Positions 10,876 through 25,306 are shown, numbered from the stretch's first letter. The stretch is 64,000 bases of DNA from Lama glama (GCA_028534125.1 CM052842.1:26412001-26476000), one strand, 5' to 3'. Notes: generated by a model from the letters alone, not told the origin. Numbers and translations are program-made.

Positions 10876-12849
10876 TATTGCCTCTTCCTGTTTTGTTTTT
10901 GTTTTTGTTTTTAATTTCTCAACTTAGAATTGTCTCTTGAGTGTAGAACTTGGTAGTTCTAAGGGTGGCAAGGTATTTCTTTCATTTCTCAATGTTTTCC
11001 CTTCAGTCTGTCTGTTTTGGGTCTGTAGAATCCTCTAAGAATTAAAGGAAAAAACTTGCTCTGAAACCTTGCTATATTGAATAAATAGAAGTTTTTGGAA
11101 GGGGGAATAATTGGCTCTTAACTAAACCAAAAAATGCTTAGATCAGTTAATTGAATTGGATAGATTAATCTTTAAAGACATTGACTCAGATTTGAGATAG
11201 CACTTTTGGTTACTGTCTAGCTAATTAATCCCATCATAATTGAAACTTGAAATGTATGTAGCATGAATAGGATAGACCGCCAGCAGCACTGTTTTACCCC
11301 TCAAACCGTTGTTCTTCATTTTTTTAAATGTGTGGAATATATAGTACATGTTTTAAAATGTGGATAATGTAGAGGCCTTTTTTAATAATACAGTGATCAA
11401 GCACAGTCCAAACTATAACTGAAATACTATATTTTGTGAATCTACATTAATTCATTTGTGCTAGATTTTTCATTTTGGGGGTAGTGTTTGGTCTGCTTCA
11501 GTTTTGTTTGGAAATACATACTTTTTAGAGTGTATAGCAACGAAGATCAACACTAGGGGGTTGTGTTTACTGTGACTTTACATTCTGAAATCTTTCAAGC
11601 CAGCTTAATTTTATCTGTTGTAAAAGTTTCAGGAAAACCAAGTGCTTCCAATGTGTAGATTTAATAAAGCATCTATCTACTTGGCTGAGAAAATAGATAT
11701 TTTATTAACAAAAGTACAATCTGTCCTTATTAATTGTGGATTACCATATTAAACTGAAAATTAAATGTTTTCTATTTTAAATGTTCTTTGGATAAGCTGT
11801 TTACTGAGTTACCATCTTTTTGGAGTTGTTTGTTTTTGTACAGACATTCTTTAGCTCTAATTTTTTGTACATATTATGGCTTCACATTTAAAATCTGCAC
11901 ATATACAGAGAGACTTCAGTCATTTTATCTCCATATGGGCATATCTACAGTGTAAAGTAATTATGCTAAAATCATACTGCTTTCTAATCATTTTATTTGT
12001 ACAGTGTCATTGTTTCTTCACGTGTTATTAATAATGCGTAGGTTTTTGTAGACTTAAGTACCTCACTTTATCACTACCTCTACCTTATGAAGTTCAGAAT
12101 GGGACTTGCACTTTGGACTCTATTTTATTAAAATTTTAATTGAGAAATAGGCCATCATAGCGTTTCCCCTGTAGCAGTTTCTCTTAAAATAAGGTCTGTA
12201 GCTTGGGTGACCATACATCCTGGTTTGCCAAAGACCATCTTGGCTTAAATATTAATTTAATATTAATTGATACTTAATGTCAAGTTAGTATTAGATATGA
12301 AGTGTCTCATAAATCTTAATATTGCCCATCCTTACATGCATCAAGTTAGTTTATAAAGTCACTTGTATAAAACAACTGAGTGCTTCTTTTATATGTAGGA
12401 TTAAAAAAGACTATGATTCCCAGAAATTCTTACTAAATGGGAACATGGGGTACTGGCAAGGTTTGTCTTTTAAAGGCCTTGAATCTGTTTAATTTTTTAA
12501 AAAATTATCCTACTGAGGCTTAAATGTCTGGTAAAATTAACTAGATTTTAAAACAAATGCCTTTATTCACAGGCATTCATATAAACTTTATATTGTTTGT
12601 ACCATTTTGTTCAGACTTTGTTACCTATTTATCTTTTCATCCAGAGGACTTAGGGGAAATGGCCAGTTGGTATTAGAGCTGCTGCCTTTTGGTCTAGAAC
12701 ACTTTTATGGAGTAGGGAAGGGAAATCTGCAGCATTGGCTGCAAGTCAGACATCCTCTGGGCTAGTGGTATTGAAAACCTAGGGCAATCTTGATTTTGAT
12801 ACAGGATGTTTCTACATATTATTTGATCTGGATCTCTAAATTTTATAAA

Positions 12850-13790
12850 CTGTTAATTTTGGAGTACTTGGAGACCTACAGAGAAGTTTTAAAGGTAGTA
12901 CAAAAGAGTTCTTGTATCCCCTCACCCAATTTCAGTTGACTGTAATGTTACAATCTTAAAATTACTTGGTCAAAACTAGGAAACCATCACTGATATGTTA
13001 ACCATTAACTCTAGTTTATCTATAGTTGTGTTCCAAGATCCAATCCAGAATGCCACATTGCATTTACTTATCATTTCTTGGTCTCTTGTGGTCTGATTTT
13101 TCCTTAGTCTTCACCTTATTTTTTACGACCTTCACAATTTAGAGGTGCAGGAGGCTTGTTAAGAATGTCTCTCGGTTTGGATTTGTCTGATGTTTTTCTC
13201 ATGATTGTATCGGGTAACAGGTGAAGAGAAGCACAGAGGTGAAGTGCCCTTCTTACTGTACCATCTTGGGGATGAGTGATCCCCACATGACGTCACTGGT
13301 GATGTTAGCCTTTGTCACTTGGTCAAGGTGCTGCCAGGTTTCTCCACTGGAAAGGTACTATTTTTTTCTTTCCATATTGCCATCTTTTCAAACAAGTCCA
13401 GCTCTTACCCAAGGCGAGTGGGAATTTAGCTCCACCTCCTGGAGGGGAAATACCTATGTATATTATTTGGAATGATTCTAGAAGATGATTTGTTTCTTCT
13501 CCACACTTATCTATTCAATCATTTTTATCTGTACGGACTCATAATCCAGTACTTTTATTTATTTTCCTATTCAGATTATTCTGGCTTTGGCCATTGGAAG
13601 CTCTTTCAAATCGGCTCATGTGTCCCTTTGACATGCCCCATCCCTTTTTGAGCATTTTGTTACTGTGAGAAGCTCAAGGCTAATCGTGTTTTCCCTACCC
13701 CAGCTTTAGAATGAACCATTTCTCCAAAGAGCCCTGTTTCCTTTTGTTGGAGAATGGTATTTAGAAGCCAAGATCTAAGCACTGGGTGTG
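12850..13790 (-). mobile_element. L1 (L1MC/L1MD-like) 3' end
   Basis: 'ttccaagatccaatccagaatgccacattgcattta', 'ctttggccattggaagctctttca', 'ttctccaaagagccctg...gaatggtatttagaa'. Confidence 0.75.
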
Positions 13791-14199
13791 AGGGTTTGGG
13801 TTTTTTGTTTGTTCGTTCGTTTGTTTGTTTCAATTATGCAGTATTGAACTTTTTTCCACCATTAGCTAATATTATTTGTGGGTTGTGGGGCAAAAAGTAT
13901 CCTCCCAGACCTTTAGGTAATGGGCTTTCTGAATGAGAAGTTTTCTGCACATCATTGCTGAAGCATTCTCTTTAAAAAATTTTTTTGTCATTTAAAAAAT
14001 TTTTATTTTTCTAAAGCATTCTCTTGTAAGTTGCCAATATATTTATTGCGAATAATAATGTGCAGTCACATTATAAGCTGTAAAGCATTATATAAAAACA
14101 ATTTATTATTGAGGAAATATAACAAAGATCACTAGTCTTTAGAAATTGCATTTTAAGACAAAATATATTTACTTACATAATTTTAGGCTATATGGCTAA

Positions 14200-14600
14200 G
14201 TACTTTGTATGTTTTATAGACAGTAACTGCAGGAACATATAGGAAGGAGGTGCCGTGTGGGTTGGAGAGGTTGGTCTGTGTCTGGAAGGATAGGGAGTCG
14301 GCTAGGGGAGGAGTAGGAGTGAATAGGGGAATCAAAATGAGGGTGGCTGAGTGAGCAAAAAGCTCAGGCAAGTACATAGAGCTTCTTTGAGAGACAGTGA
14401 GTAGGCCAGCCAGAGCACAAGGCTTGTGACTGAGAGCCTTTGAGCCCGTGCATGAGAGTGGGGAGCAGTCCCTGGAATGGGACTGGATTGTGCAGTTGGC
14501 GCACACTGCTGTGCATAGTTCAAATTACTCCTGACACTGCAGGGACCTTTTCAGGGTTTGGGGATGGGGAAGTGACATGATGTTAGGACGATTAAATATT
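14200..14600 (-). mobile_element. L2 fragment
   Basis: Degenerate purine-rich antisense L2 ending 'agggtttgggg...gtgacatgat'. Confidence 0.45.
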
Positions 14601-16129
14601 TAACAGTGAAACCTTCTGTTGGTACTGTCTTGATAAGAGATCTTTTTACAGCCTCTGGTACTTCCCTTGTTTTTAAACTGAGTATACTGTCCATAATTTA
14701 ACTTTGGATTATTCAAGGTCATTAAGAGTGAAGGTTAACAGACAGAATTTTGCTCTGCTGGGGCCCAAAGAGCTGTATTTAGGGATATTTGCCTCTGCTG
14801 TAAACAGTCCCAGACTATAGTTTGTCTCCTCGTGATATTTGTTATCTTCTACTTCATTATATAAATGTTACATTTTCATTATACACTGAATTCCAGAGAA
14901 TGTCATATCACAGTTGAATTTTACAAATTCACCAGGATGGAGACTTTTAGGGGAGTATTCTCTTTCTTGCATCTGTGCACATGCATATATATATAATGTA
15001 TTTTTTAAGTTAATTTATACTTTCATATAGTCATTTTTTTGCATATTATGTTTTTGTACTCTGCCATTTCATTGACAAAACATAAGGGAGTTTTTTCATG
15101 TTATAAACTTTGAGTAAGTGAATTTTTGTGGCTGTGTAATGATCCATTGGGTAGATTTGCTATAGGTTTTTCTTGTTTAACAATTCCTTTGTTGGACATT
15201 TAACTTTTCTCAAATTTGTGCCATAAGGCTTGTAAATTTGCTCTTAGTCTCTAGGTAAATGTCTTTCTACTGTGATAAAAAGTATCACCTCCCTTTTCCT
15301 TACTTGGCCTAATTTCACGTGTAGTTCTAGTCACATCCCCTTCTGCTGAAGCTGTTAGGTGTCTCCATTGCCCACCGGATGAACACACACCCTTGGGCTG
15401 CGACTGACCAGTCCTCCACATCTGGCCCAGGCAGGTGCTTACAGCCAACCCCTTCTGCTACCATGTTTGATCCCGTGCTCCTGCCAAGGTGAATTACTTG
15501 CTGTTTCTGAGTAACTTCTCTCACCTCTACACAATATTTCTGCCTCTTAATTGGGGTGCCACCTTTCTTCTCCCATTCCTTTGAGGCCTAAGTCTGACTT
15601 CCTGACACTCTCCAATTCTAACTCTTCTGGCCACCTGGAGGTCTTTTACCTTTTCAGCATCATATATACCATTCTTTTTTTAAGAACAGTAATTGACTTA
15701 TTTTTGTGCCTACTCGAATGTCTGTGATGGAGCATGCAACTATTTTCTTCAAATGGAGTATCCCCTAAATTGCAAGAAACCCTTCTCACTGCTTTTGTGG
15801 ATTATTTTAAGTACTTAAGTCATAAAGAGTGCTTGTTACAGGCAGTGCTGTACATGTAGAATATAGTTTACAAAGTATTTATTGTTCATTGAAATGCATG
15901 TGACAGTACACGTGAAGAAATCAAGAGACAGCTTGACGATGTATCTTAATTTCAGCAAGTCAGAGTGATTTATTGTAACTGTGATAGCAAGATTTCATAG
16001 TGCAATAGTACATTTGAGTGGATCTTAATTATGCACTTCTGTATTGATATGTTTAATAGATATGTAACAACATGTCAAGTTGCATAAAGCTGTCCTGTCC
16101 AGTTAAATTGTGTTTGTGTGAGAGAGAGC

Positions 16130-16865
16130 TAGATCAGTCTGCAGATGACACAGTACGGTGGGAAGCCAAAAGAGATTAGAATTCAGAAAGACTTTAGGCT
16201 GAAACACAAGTAAAACCAACAAGAAGCAGTTTAAGTGGGAGAAATGTAAATCTAGTTAGGATTTATAGAAATCACGTTGCGTAAGTCCAGAATATGGGCA
16301 GGAATCCGTCTTGGCATTTCTTCATGTGAGAGCCGGTGTGTTAGTTTATCGTAGCCTTATTATGAGTCAGACATGATTTCTCTACTTGAAAGGTGGGAGT
16401 GCAACCTTGGTTTAGAACACATTAATCACACAAAGCCGTCTTCCTTCATTGATAGCCAGTTCTCATTTGAAACTGGTGTTTGATTTGGGGTATCTTTGTT
16501 GTTTTTAAGTGAAACATTGCTTGGCTAGACTCCATTCAATGGAGGAGGGAGTCTGGGATAGTGAGTGGATTGTAAACTGTGTTAGCAACTTTCCAGGTGT
16601 CTCCCTTGCAGTTTTTTGCTGTTCTAGGGGGCAGATCTGAAGCCGTGAGTGGAAATAACCTCACTGTTAGAAAAAATCATCACAATGTCTGGAGCTACCC
16701 AGTAGCAGAATACCTTACCTGAGGGAATGAGCATCTCTTCCCGAAGTTCCTAGCAGAAAGGTTGCTGATTATGTCTGGAACAGTGCAGCAGGGTTTTCCA
16801 GCACTTGGCGGGGGTTAAAGTAGACAGACACCAAGATCCCTTCCTGTTCAGCAGTTCTGTGGTAT
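16130..16865 (+). mobile_element. L3/CR1 LINE 3' fragment (decayed RT C-terminus and 3' end)
   Basis: 'tctgcagatgacaca' (F/xADDT motif), 'agaattcagaaagactt', 'gagaaatgtaaa' and a 3' end 'ccaagatcccttcc...ttctgtg' typical of CR1/L3. Confidence 0.65.
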
Positions 16866-19031
16866 CAGGTACTTTACAGTGCTGGGGGTGCTTGGATAGC
16901 TCTGTGCTTTGATCACATTTTGTCAAGAGGAAGATAGAAAAAGTAGTGGGAAGCAGCTGCTCTTATTATTTTACCATAACAAACTGCTTGATCTTTGTCC
17001 TCATCTTTCTCTGATGCTTATAAATTTTCACTGGGAGACTGTTGAGTTAGGATAGGAATCAGGATGCCTTCATCACATTTGGATTTGAGATGTGTTATCA
17101 CCTGGCAAATGGTACCGTCATAATATAAATGTAGCTTGTCAGGACTTCAAGTCTGTGGACTCCACACTTAAATTACAAGTCTGTTATTAGAAAAAAAATT
17201 CTATACACTACTAATGTAAGTATAAATTATATGTATGTACTTTCGTTGTACTTATAAAGCCTTCACAAAAGGAAACATTAGGATAATACGAAAAGACATT
17301 CTAACATTTTTCTTTCCACATCCCAGTAGATCATCTTTCATTAGAGCCTGGAACATAATGTACCTCACTTTGGAAGTGATTGCTCTTTGGCATAGAACTT
17401 GGGATCTTGCTTTCGCATTTATTTTTAAGCAAAAGAGTTCTAGCAACTTACAGGTGCGTAGATCCATGTAGATTAATAAAAGGATATGAAATGTGTAAAG
17501 GATCCATGCTGTGTATAAAATGTCCAGAGTGTTAGACACAGTACGCCCTTGAAAAAGTAGACTGGTAAAGGGCGTGTGGCAACATTTTTTAGCACATGTA
17601 GTTTGGAGCACGATGCTGGGACTTAAGTCAGGACTAAGAGATTTGCGTTGATGTGCATAAAGATGATCTTTGAAACCATAGAAGTAGGTATCTCTAAGGC
17701 AGTACATAATCAAAAGCACAGACAGCTGAGAGAAAACTTTGGAAAGCCCTCACTTTTAGAGGCTGGGTAGAGAAGGAGCTGGGAAGAGTAAGAGGAAGCA
17801 GTTGAAAGGGTGGGAGAGGTAGGGGTGGGAGGGGGTGCCAGGGTAACAGGCCTGCAGAAGAGAAGTTTGAATTTGCCCAGAGGCTGGGGAGCCAGGGCCC
17901 TGAACTCCCTCTCGTCAGTGAGTGCCTGCTGAGTGCCAGTGTGGATTAAACACGCTCTTAGCAGCAGCAGCCAGCCTCCAAGTGCTTCTCTGAGCTCAGG
18001 GGAGTATGCTTTCAAGAAACTAGGACGAGTGGAAACTGAGTGGCAGGGAAGGAGCAGGTGCAGACCATGGCTGGGAAGGCACGGCAGTGTCACGTGGCAG
18101 ATGTGTCCGTCCAGGCCCTCAGGACTTCTCTCCAAGAGACCTAAAGCACTGGTGGCTGGGGAGACCTGTTTGTAATTGGCAGAAAAATTGCTCACAGTTT
18201 AAAAGGTACCATGAGGGCATTTATTTTTTAGACCTGATAAGCTTAATTTATAATTACAATGTTGAGGTAAAATATTTAGAAATGATTAAGTATGCCATAT
18301 TTAAATATAGCATTTTAACCCGTGCTCTTTGGTGTTGCTCAGGGGTGTGTAAAACACACTGACCTTAATTGGTAGCTTGAAAGCAGAGCGAACTTGAGTC
18401 ACTCACTGTTGGTTGAACAAGGAGATACGGACCTTGTAGTATCTTTTCTGGCAACGGTTTAAACCCTGAGATCCATTTTATTTATTTAAATCAAAAAATA
18501 TAATAGTGGTTATTGAAAAATTCCTCGAAGTGGAGTTTCTGGTTTAAAGGTATACACAGAAGCTCTCACACTGGCTGTCCTTTGACATAGGTTACAAGGC
18601 TGAGTGTCCAACGTCTGCCTGGGGAGGTGGTGGAGGAGCCATTTGGAGGCTCTTGGCAGCACTTTGAGGAGTTTTTTGGGGTTTTTTTTTTTTTTTTGAT
18701 GTGCTTTTGTTAAAGTGTGAAGCTCTGAGGGATGGTGCAGTTGTTCTGGAGTGATGTGGTCTCCAGCTGTGCAAAGCTGGTTATTAACTAATGATTGTTT
18801 TAAGTACCAAAGTTTGTAGATTGTTTATGAACTAGAATGGATTCGAGGCTATCCCCCACAAGACCATAGCATAGTCACATTTCAGCCTGCTCTCCCCAGA
18901 GGGAAAGAAAACTCAGCCACCTGGTCAAGAATCATATGACCCTAGATAAACCTGTCTGTGTGTCAGATGTGTGAGTGTCCGATGGCGTGTGTCTTTCATT
19001 AGGAGGAAAATATTTGAGAGTCACTGATGAA

Positions 19032-19195
19032 GAGGAAAAGCGTAGGCTTCTACTTAGCCAAGTAGACCTGGGTTCAAACCCATTACTGCCATTTAGAATG
19101 TGAGTGACTGAGTAGTAAATTCAAGTCACATCCCTGAATCTCATAGTCCTCATGTCTAAAATGGGGATAGCCACCTGCTTTACTGAGTAGTGAGT
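19032..19195 (+). mobile_element. MIR SINE
   Basis: 'agacctgggttcaaaccc...ctcatgtctaaaatggggata'. Confidence 0.75.
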
Positions 19196-20814
19196 TTTTA
19201 GCTCTATTCCTGCACCTGATAGAAAGTAAGACACAAAATAAGGCTCTTGTTAGCCATCCAAAAGGTTGCACTCCCTGGAAAAGGTGGTCGTACCAATGCA
19301 TTGCTGGACCGGGGTGCCCAGTCTGGATAGGTGTGAGTGTCCCAGACGCTTTCAAATTCAAAATGCCAGTAGTTTTTAACAATTGTTTGCATTGCCTATA
19401 GGCAGAAATTCCTACGACCAGTGGTCAGCCTGCTAACAGAGAGTGCTCCTGAACTAAACTGGGTCTCTGTGGTTTAAAATAGCTTACAAGCTTTAACTAC
19501 AAAGCTCACCAACTCAGGATAAAACCAGATTTTAATTGGCTTGTGTTACTTTAAGGAAATGTCACAGACTCTGGTGTGTGTGAAGACTCGCCGTGTGAGG
19601 GAGGCCTGCAGCTTCACATCACGGCTCAACTTTCAGCTCTATTTCCGTAAAGAATGTCTGCGTGATCATAGAAAATGAAGATAACTAGTGTTTTCTTACT
19701 TGGTTCTTCAAAGTCTGACCACAGGCCAAGAGAATAAATCTACTTGTTGTGGGTGGTTGTGACCCCCATCAGATTCCCGGAGGAGAGAAAGGAAAAATAC
19801 ATTTCAGAGAAAATATTTTTAATGCATTAAGACAGTAAAGTGGACTTCCAAATACAGAGATGTGGCTCTCATATCCTGATTATTCGTTAAAGTAACTTAA
19901 AATAAAAAGTCCAGTGTCAAACATTTCCACTTTAAGGGTTGAAACTAGTTATTGCCCAATGAACGTGTATCCAGAGCTGATTTTTGGCTGTGCCAATTGG
20001 TATAGGCCTGCTAGTTACCAAATGAAGTACGTATAGCCAGTTAGGAATAACCACTGGCCTGACTACAAGTGACACCCGCTGCTTCAGCCACCCTGTCCCT
20101 CAGCCCCCCACCCACCACCTCCTGATGCAGCAATGAAAGGGATGGCAACTGGCAGAGAGGGCTTGCTGGACCACGCAGCCGCACTGGCCCAGGGTCTGGT
20201 CTGATGGGCCCACGTCCTGCTCGTTGTTAAATACCATATCTTGAATGTTTGCCCCCATCTGTGGCAGGGTGGCTGAGTGGCACAGCAGTGGATATTCCAA
20301 AGACCTACATTTGGCACATTTTCCCTTAGTACTGAATGCAGGAGTGTGATGTATGATTTAAATGGTCAAATGGAAACCTGCTGTGACCACCAAACCTCAG
20401 GGAAGCATTGCATGCTTGCCTCAGTCCCCAAACTCCTGTGCTGTCCTGCCTTCCCTCTCTCACTCACACAACGTGTGCACTTTTCTCACTGCGGCCTGAG
20501 AGGACGCTGTCTGTTTTGTGGTGTCCTTTTATCATTAGGTTTCGTCGTGGCACCTTGAGTCATTTAGTGTCTGTCAGCAGAATACTGTCAGTGATAGGAT
20601 CGCTGTCAACCTTGATCTTCCCAAGCTGCTGTTTTTACACTGAGAGCCATTTATTTTTCTTTTAAGGGGAGATAAAATGCAATTCTGCCCTGTGGTTTAC
20701 TGCTTTTGCCAGATGTTTTATTGACCTTTTATTAGTCTCCCAAAGATGTAGCAATCTGTTCCTTTAAATTCTGATCGTTTGGGGGGCAATGATGTTTCTT
20801 GTCATGCGGAATGA

Positions 20815-21030
20815 AGCAGTATGGTGTGAAAATTGAGAACATGGGCTCTGAACTCACCTGTGTTTGAGTTTCAGCCCTGTCCCCTGACTTACCTGTGTGA
20901 CCTTAGGTAAGTCACCTAGCCAGCCTTCAGTTTCATCATCCATAAAACAGCGATGATAATCAGTAAACTACCTCTTAACTGAGCTAAAAGTATTAAGTGC
21001 TTAGAGCAGAGTATTCAATAAATGTAAGCG
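20815..21030 (+). mobile_element. MIR SINE
   Basis: 'gcagtatggtgtg...ctgtgtgaccttaggtaagtcac...cagtttcatcatccataaaa'. Confidence 0.8.
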
Positions 21031-24000
21031 AAACACAAGAAGCAACCTAATTATCTGACCCCAGATAAACTGCTTGAATATGTGGTATCTGAATGGTTGG
21101 AGAGCACCAAGTGACTTTGGGAAAGTTTCAGTAAAATGGAGATAATACCTACCTCCCAGGGTTGTTCTGAGGCTTAAATGAGATAATGTGAAAGAACCTG
21201 TAGGGCAGTTTGCTCAGCAAATGACTGAGTGCCTTTATGGGATACAGGAGTGAACACAGACCATTCTGGTTTTGTGGAGTTTACACAGAGCAGGACTAAA
21301 TAAATACGGACTTTCAATCAGAGAAGGCAAAAACACACCACATACACAAGTTATAAAATCGCATATGGCATTCCCTCCTGAAGAGAGCGGGTTTTATTCC
21401 CCACAGCACTAATGACGCTTGCTAGTCACCAGCAGCTGCAAAGGTCATGTCACGAGTACCAAAGCCAGGGGCAGGAGCTGGTGACCTAAGTCTCCTGAGC
21501 ATGAACAGGAGGCTGCCTTTCTGGCGCGTGGACCTGAATTGTGCCAGAACTGATCGTGTCTGCGAGAGGTGACCCACTCTGCTCACTCCTGTGGGGACAC
21601 GGGCACAGAGAACTTGACTGTATCTCTAGTGATCTGGAGCCCTGGGTGGTAAACCAAGGCTCCGGGGCCCAGGTGGTGGTTTAGAATCGCTTCTAGTTGA
21701 AGGTCAGGCCTGCCTGGAAGGGGCATGGGAAGCAAACAGGTGGTTTTAAACATAGTGGCAAATAAGAGTTTGTTTTTCGGAACCATGGTTTATAGTATCA
21801 GTGTTTCAAGGTTCTAAAGGGGCTCCCTGGACACTGATGCCAAAACAGGGTTGGAAGTTTAAGGGATTAGAGGGGGAGCCTGTGAAGAATAAAAAGGGGG
21901 AGAGCGGGAATCGGCCATGACGCCTCCAGGCCGCGACGCAGTTCTCACCCCTGTGAAGGGAGAAAGGTGAGGAGGGAGGAATTGGGTAGAAAAACAGATC
22001 GCAGTGCAGTCCTGAGCAAGCTTCTGCCAGACCGATGGGGTGCCCCCCACAGTTGCCCAGGCGAGGAATCCTGTGCAGGGCAGGGCGGGCCGGCGCTCCG
22101 CCCTCTTGTGCCGTCGGGCAGCCTGGGCAGCACTGGAGGCCGTGGCCTCGGCATCAAACAGCAGTGGATCCAACAAAGGGGCGGCAGTTTTGGGGCTGCC
22201 TCCTAGCAACAGCCAGCGCTCGCCCTGTGGCCCTGTGCAGATCGGGGAACACATGCTCGTCAGAGATGCCGTAACTTCACTGAGAAGACTTTAAGGTGGA
22301 ATTTGAGAAGGTGGGAAAATTGCTCAGGCAAAACTATAACCCTTGGTTATTCATCAGAAAACGTGTGACAGCAATTGAAGAATCCCTTAATTTACATGGA
22401 AAAAAATGGGAAAATCTGGTTTCAAGTTAGATTATATAAAGTAAGGGGAACTCGAGATGTTAACACCTGGAAGAAATCAGTGTTTCCCAGATGCCCCCAA
22501 AACAGAGGGCTCAGGCTGGACTATGGAAGCCCTGAAATGTGGGGTGGTAGAGGGGCAGTAAATGCCCCCAAATGGTAAAAGTGCACAGAAAGCCAGAAGC
22601 CCGCATGCAGAAGCATGACGAAGAGTATTGGGTGGAGGTGGAAGGGGAGAGGGTCAGAAGTGATTTCGCCAAGGGGGCCATGTACACCTTAGGGACCACA
22701 GGCCATTACCAGCACCTGGAGGCCATGTTTCCTAATCCCGACTCCAAAGAAGGGCAAGATGTAAAGATTAGAATGCATTTCAGCTCTTTGAGGGTTTACT
22801 AGAACATCCACTTGACCAAAATTGCCTTTGCTAAATTTTGGCCAGGTTGTCAGTTTCATCTTTGAGAAGATACAAGAAAAACGAGGGTCAGCTCTCTAGA
22901 TTTACTTCTCCCAAAGAAGGGAGAGAACCACTGCTGTTTACCCATGTTAGAAAAGTCTAGCAATCTTTTAAAGGCTCTATTCTACACAATACTTGTTTCT
23001 TTTCATCAACAAACAACTCCTTTCTATGTCTTCTCCATCAAAAATAGTGCTCTCAAAATTAGAAAGGATGAAACAAACACAGTTTAAGAGACAGCACTCC
23101 ATGTAAGCAGCTGTACAAAATATATTTGTCTCTTGGCCCTGAAAACTTGCTTTCAGGGCACTTGCAGATGTAACTGAGTAACCTTAAGCTCTTACAGCTC
23201 ACGAGAAACGAGAGTGGCCCGAAGACGGGAATCAAGAACACGGCCACCCGGTTGTCCAAAAGGTGACTCATGTACAGTGCAAGCCAGTAAGTTTGAATCT
23301 GTTTCCTGGAAAAATTGTAGAGTTTAGTTAAAAAGACAATTCATGAAACTTTAAACCAGAATCAGTTAAGGAAGGGTAGACTGAATGGAATCTATTGGGG
23401 TAAATCAGGGGGTGCTGGTGATGGAGGTTATCCCTACCTCTGACAAGATTACTCAGAGCACCCTCATGCACCACGATGGGGAAGTGTAGACCGAGTTACT
23501 ATGCAGTTTGTGTGAATTTACAGCTGCTTGAATGACCATATCCAAAAGCATCTATAGTCTTCTTCCTACTTCTAAGATTCTTTGAAAGCTGTAGTTGTTA
23601 AACTCTTGACTATGGAAACGGATTTTAATGTAAAGAACATTGTCCAAAGTGATGTTCTACTCTAACCCCAGAACATATAGAGGGTGGGAGGCTTAATCCA
23701 ACACAGATTCTTCCACATCGCTCCTTTCTAAAACCGCTCCCTCTCCCTGAAACACTGTAAAATAATACATAACAGACATGGCTTAGGCTTACTGGTGTCT
23801 TAGTCCAACCTCAGCTGTTGTTTTCAGCTTTAACTTTGGTGACTCACTTGTGCTCAGTTCTTATCCAGATAACTGGAGAGCCGTTTTCGCACAGCCGAGC
23901 TGATTTCTAATCCCCTGTGGATGTCCAAGGCCCAGCCTGCTGCCGTGCGTGTGCGTCCGCGTTCTCTGTCTCTGCGCAGGCTTACCACCTTGTGATGGAG

Positions 24001-24282
24001 CGGACAGGCTCTGAGCACATTCTGCAGACAAGGCTGAAGACTGCATTTTGGAGATGTTTGCTTCCCAATCTCCTATGAAAAACCCCGTTTGTATCTCTGC
24101 TACGTAGCCCAGTTTTCCAATCACGTGAGTTTGCTGGAATATTTTTAGAGAAATCTAGATATATTAAAGAGCTGCTGTGTCCTTTAAAAATGTCTTTATC
24201 CCAGATGTAGACAAGATGAAATGAATTCTCTGAATATACATTGTCAGAGTTAGAAGGTGAAGTTGAGTCAAGAAGGTGCAAT

Positions 24283-24682
24283 TGTTAGACTGTTGGTTCA
24301 GCTGCATCTGACAGAGACCTCCAGGATCAATGGCTTACTGCATATGGAGGTTCGTTGCTCTCTTACTAACAGTCTGAAGGTTGACTCCCTAGGACTCTGG
24401 TGGTGTCAGGGACACCAGGCTCCCCTCATCTTATTTCTTTGCCATCCCTAGGGGCTGGTCCTCCCCTGCACAGTCCAGTGGGCCACATCCTTGGCTCAGG
24501 CAGGAGAGAGAGGCAGGGCACGCCCCTCCCCAGAAGATGCACCCAGTACATCTGCACGCACACGCCAGCCACAGGGAAAGCTGGGAAATGTTGGCTTTAT
24601 TTTGGGCAATCAGTAAAAACAGATTCTATTAAGAGGGAGAGAGAGAACAGATATTGGAGAACAACAAGTAGTCTCTCCAGCA
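24283..24682 (-). mobile_element. MaLR solo LTR (MLT1J/K-like)
   Basis: 'ctgggaaatgt', 'gagaacagatattggagaacaac...agtctct' match the antisense 5' end of MLT1J-type LTRs. Confidence 0.65.
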
Positions 24683-25306
24683 TATTCCTGGAAAATAGAA
24701 CATTTCAGAAGAGGGAGTGGGCGGGCCAGGGAGGGAGAAATCATTACCTCATCCAAAGAATGACATCTGGCTTAAAGGAACGAAGTCACCCTCAGAAAGG
24801 CTGTGCTCCCCCTGGTTTTCCTTTAGAGGGCGTCGGTCGAGCTGAGGGGACACCCCCTGTCACAGAAGCCCTTCCTCCTGGGGACTCGGGGCCCCAGCTG
24901 TGAGGTGGCCTTGCAGTCACTGACCCGCCCCCAGTGCGGCGACCCACAGCCTCCTTAGGGACCTCGCCAGGACCGCAGACGGGACTCTAGGCTGGAAGGA
25001 TGGTCAGAAACTGGAAGGAGGAGATTCCACCCACCCCGCCCCCAACTCCCGGCAGCAAAGCTAATTAAAAGAAGAAACCGGGTTTCCACACGCGCCCCTT
25101 CATTGTGCGCACCTTCTGCCTTCTTGTCACCAGACCGTTTTCAATCCATCCCTGCGCGTTTTGCTTCTGCCTTTAGATTTAGCACATCCTTTCCTCGGTG
25201 CTCCTCCCTTTCTTCCTCTAGCTGCTTAAAACCATCTTCTCGAGCAGTTGACAGACCCACGTACACTCCCCTCCCCCTCCCCGCCTGCTTTTTTAAACAA
25301 AAAGAA

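Noticed and set aside
22375-22802. Possible processed pseudogene suggested by protein-like short ORFs
   Set aside because: No recognisable parent protein, poly-A tail or TSD; a translated search would be needed.
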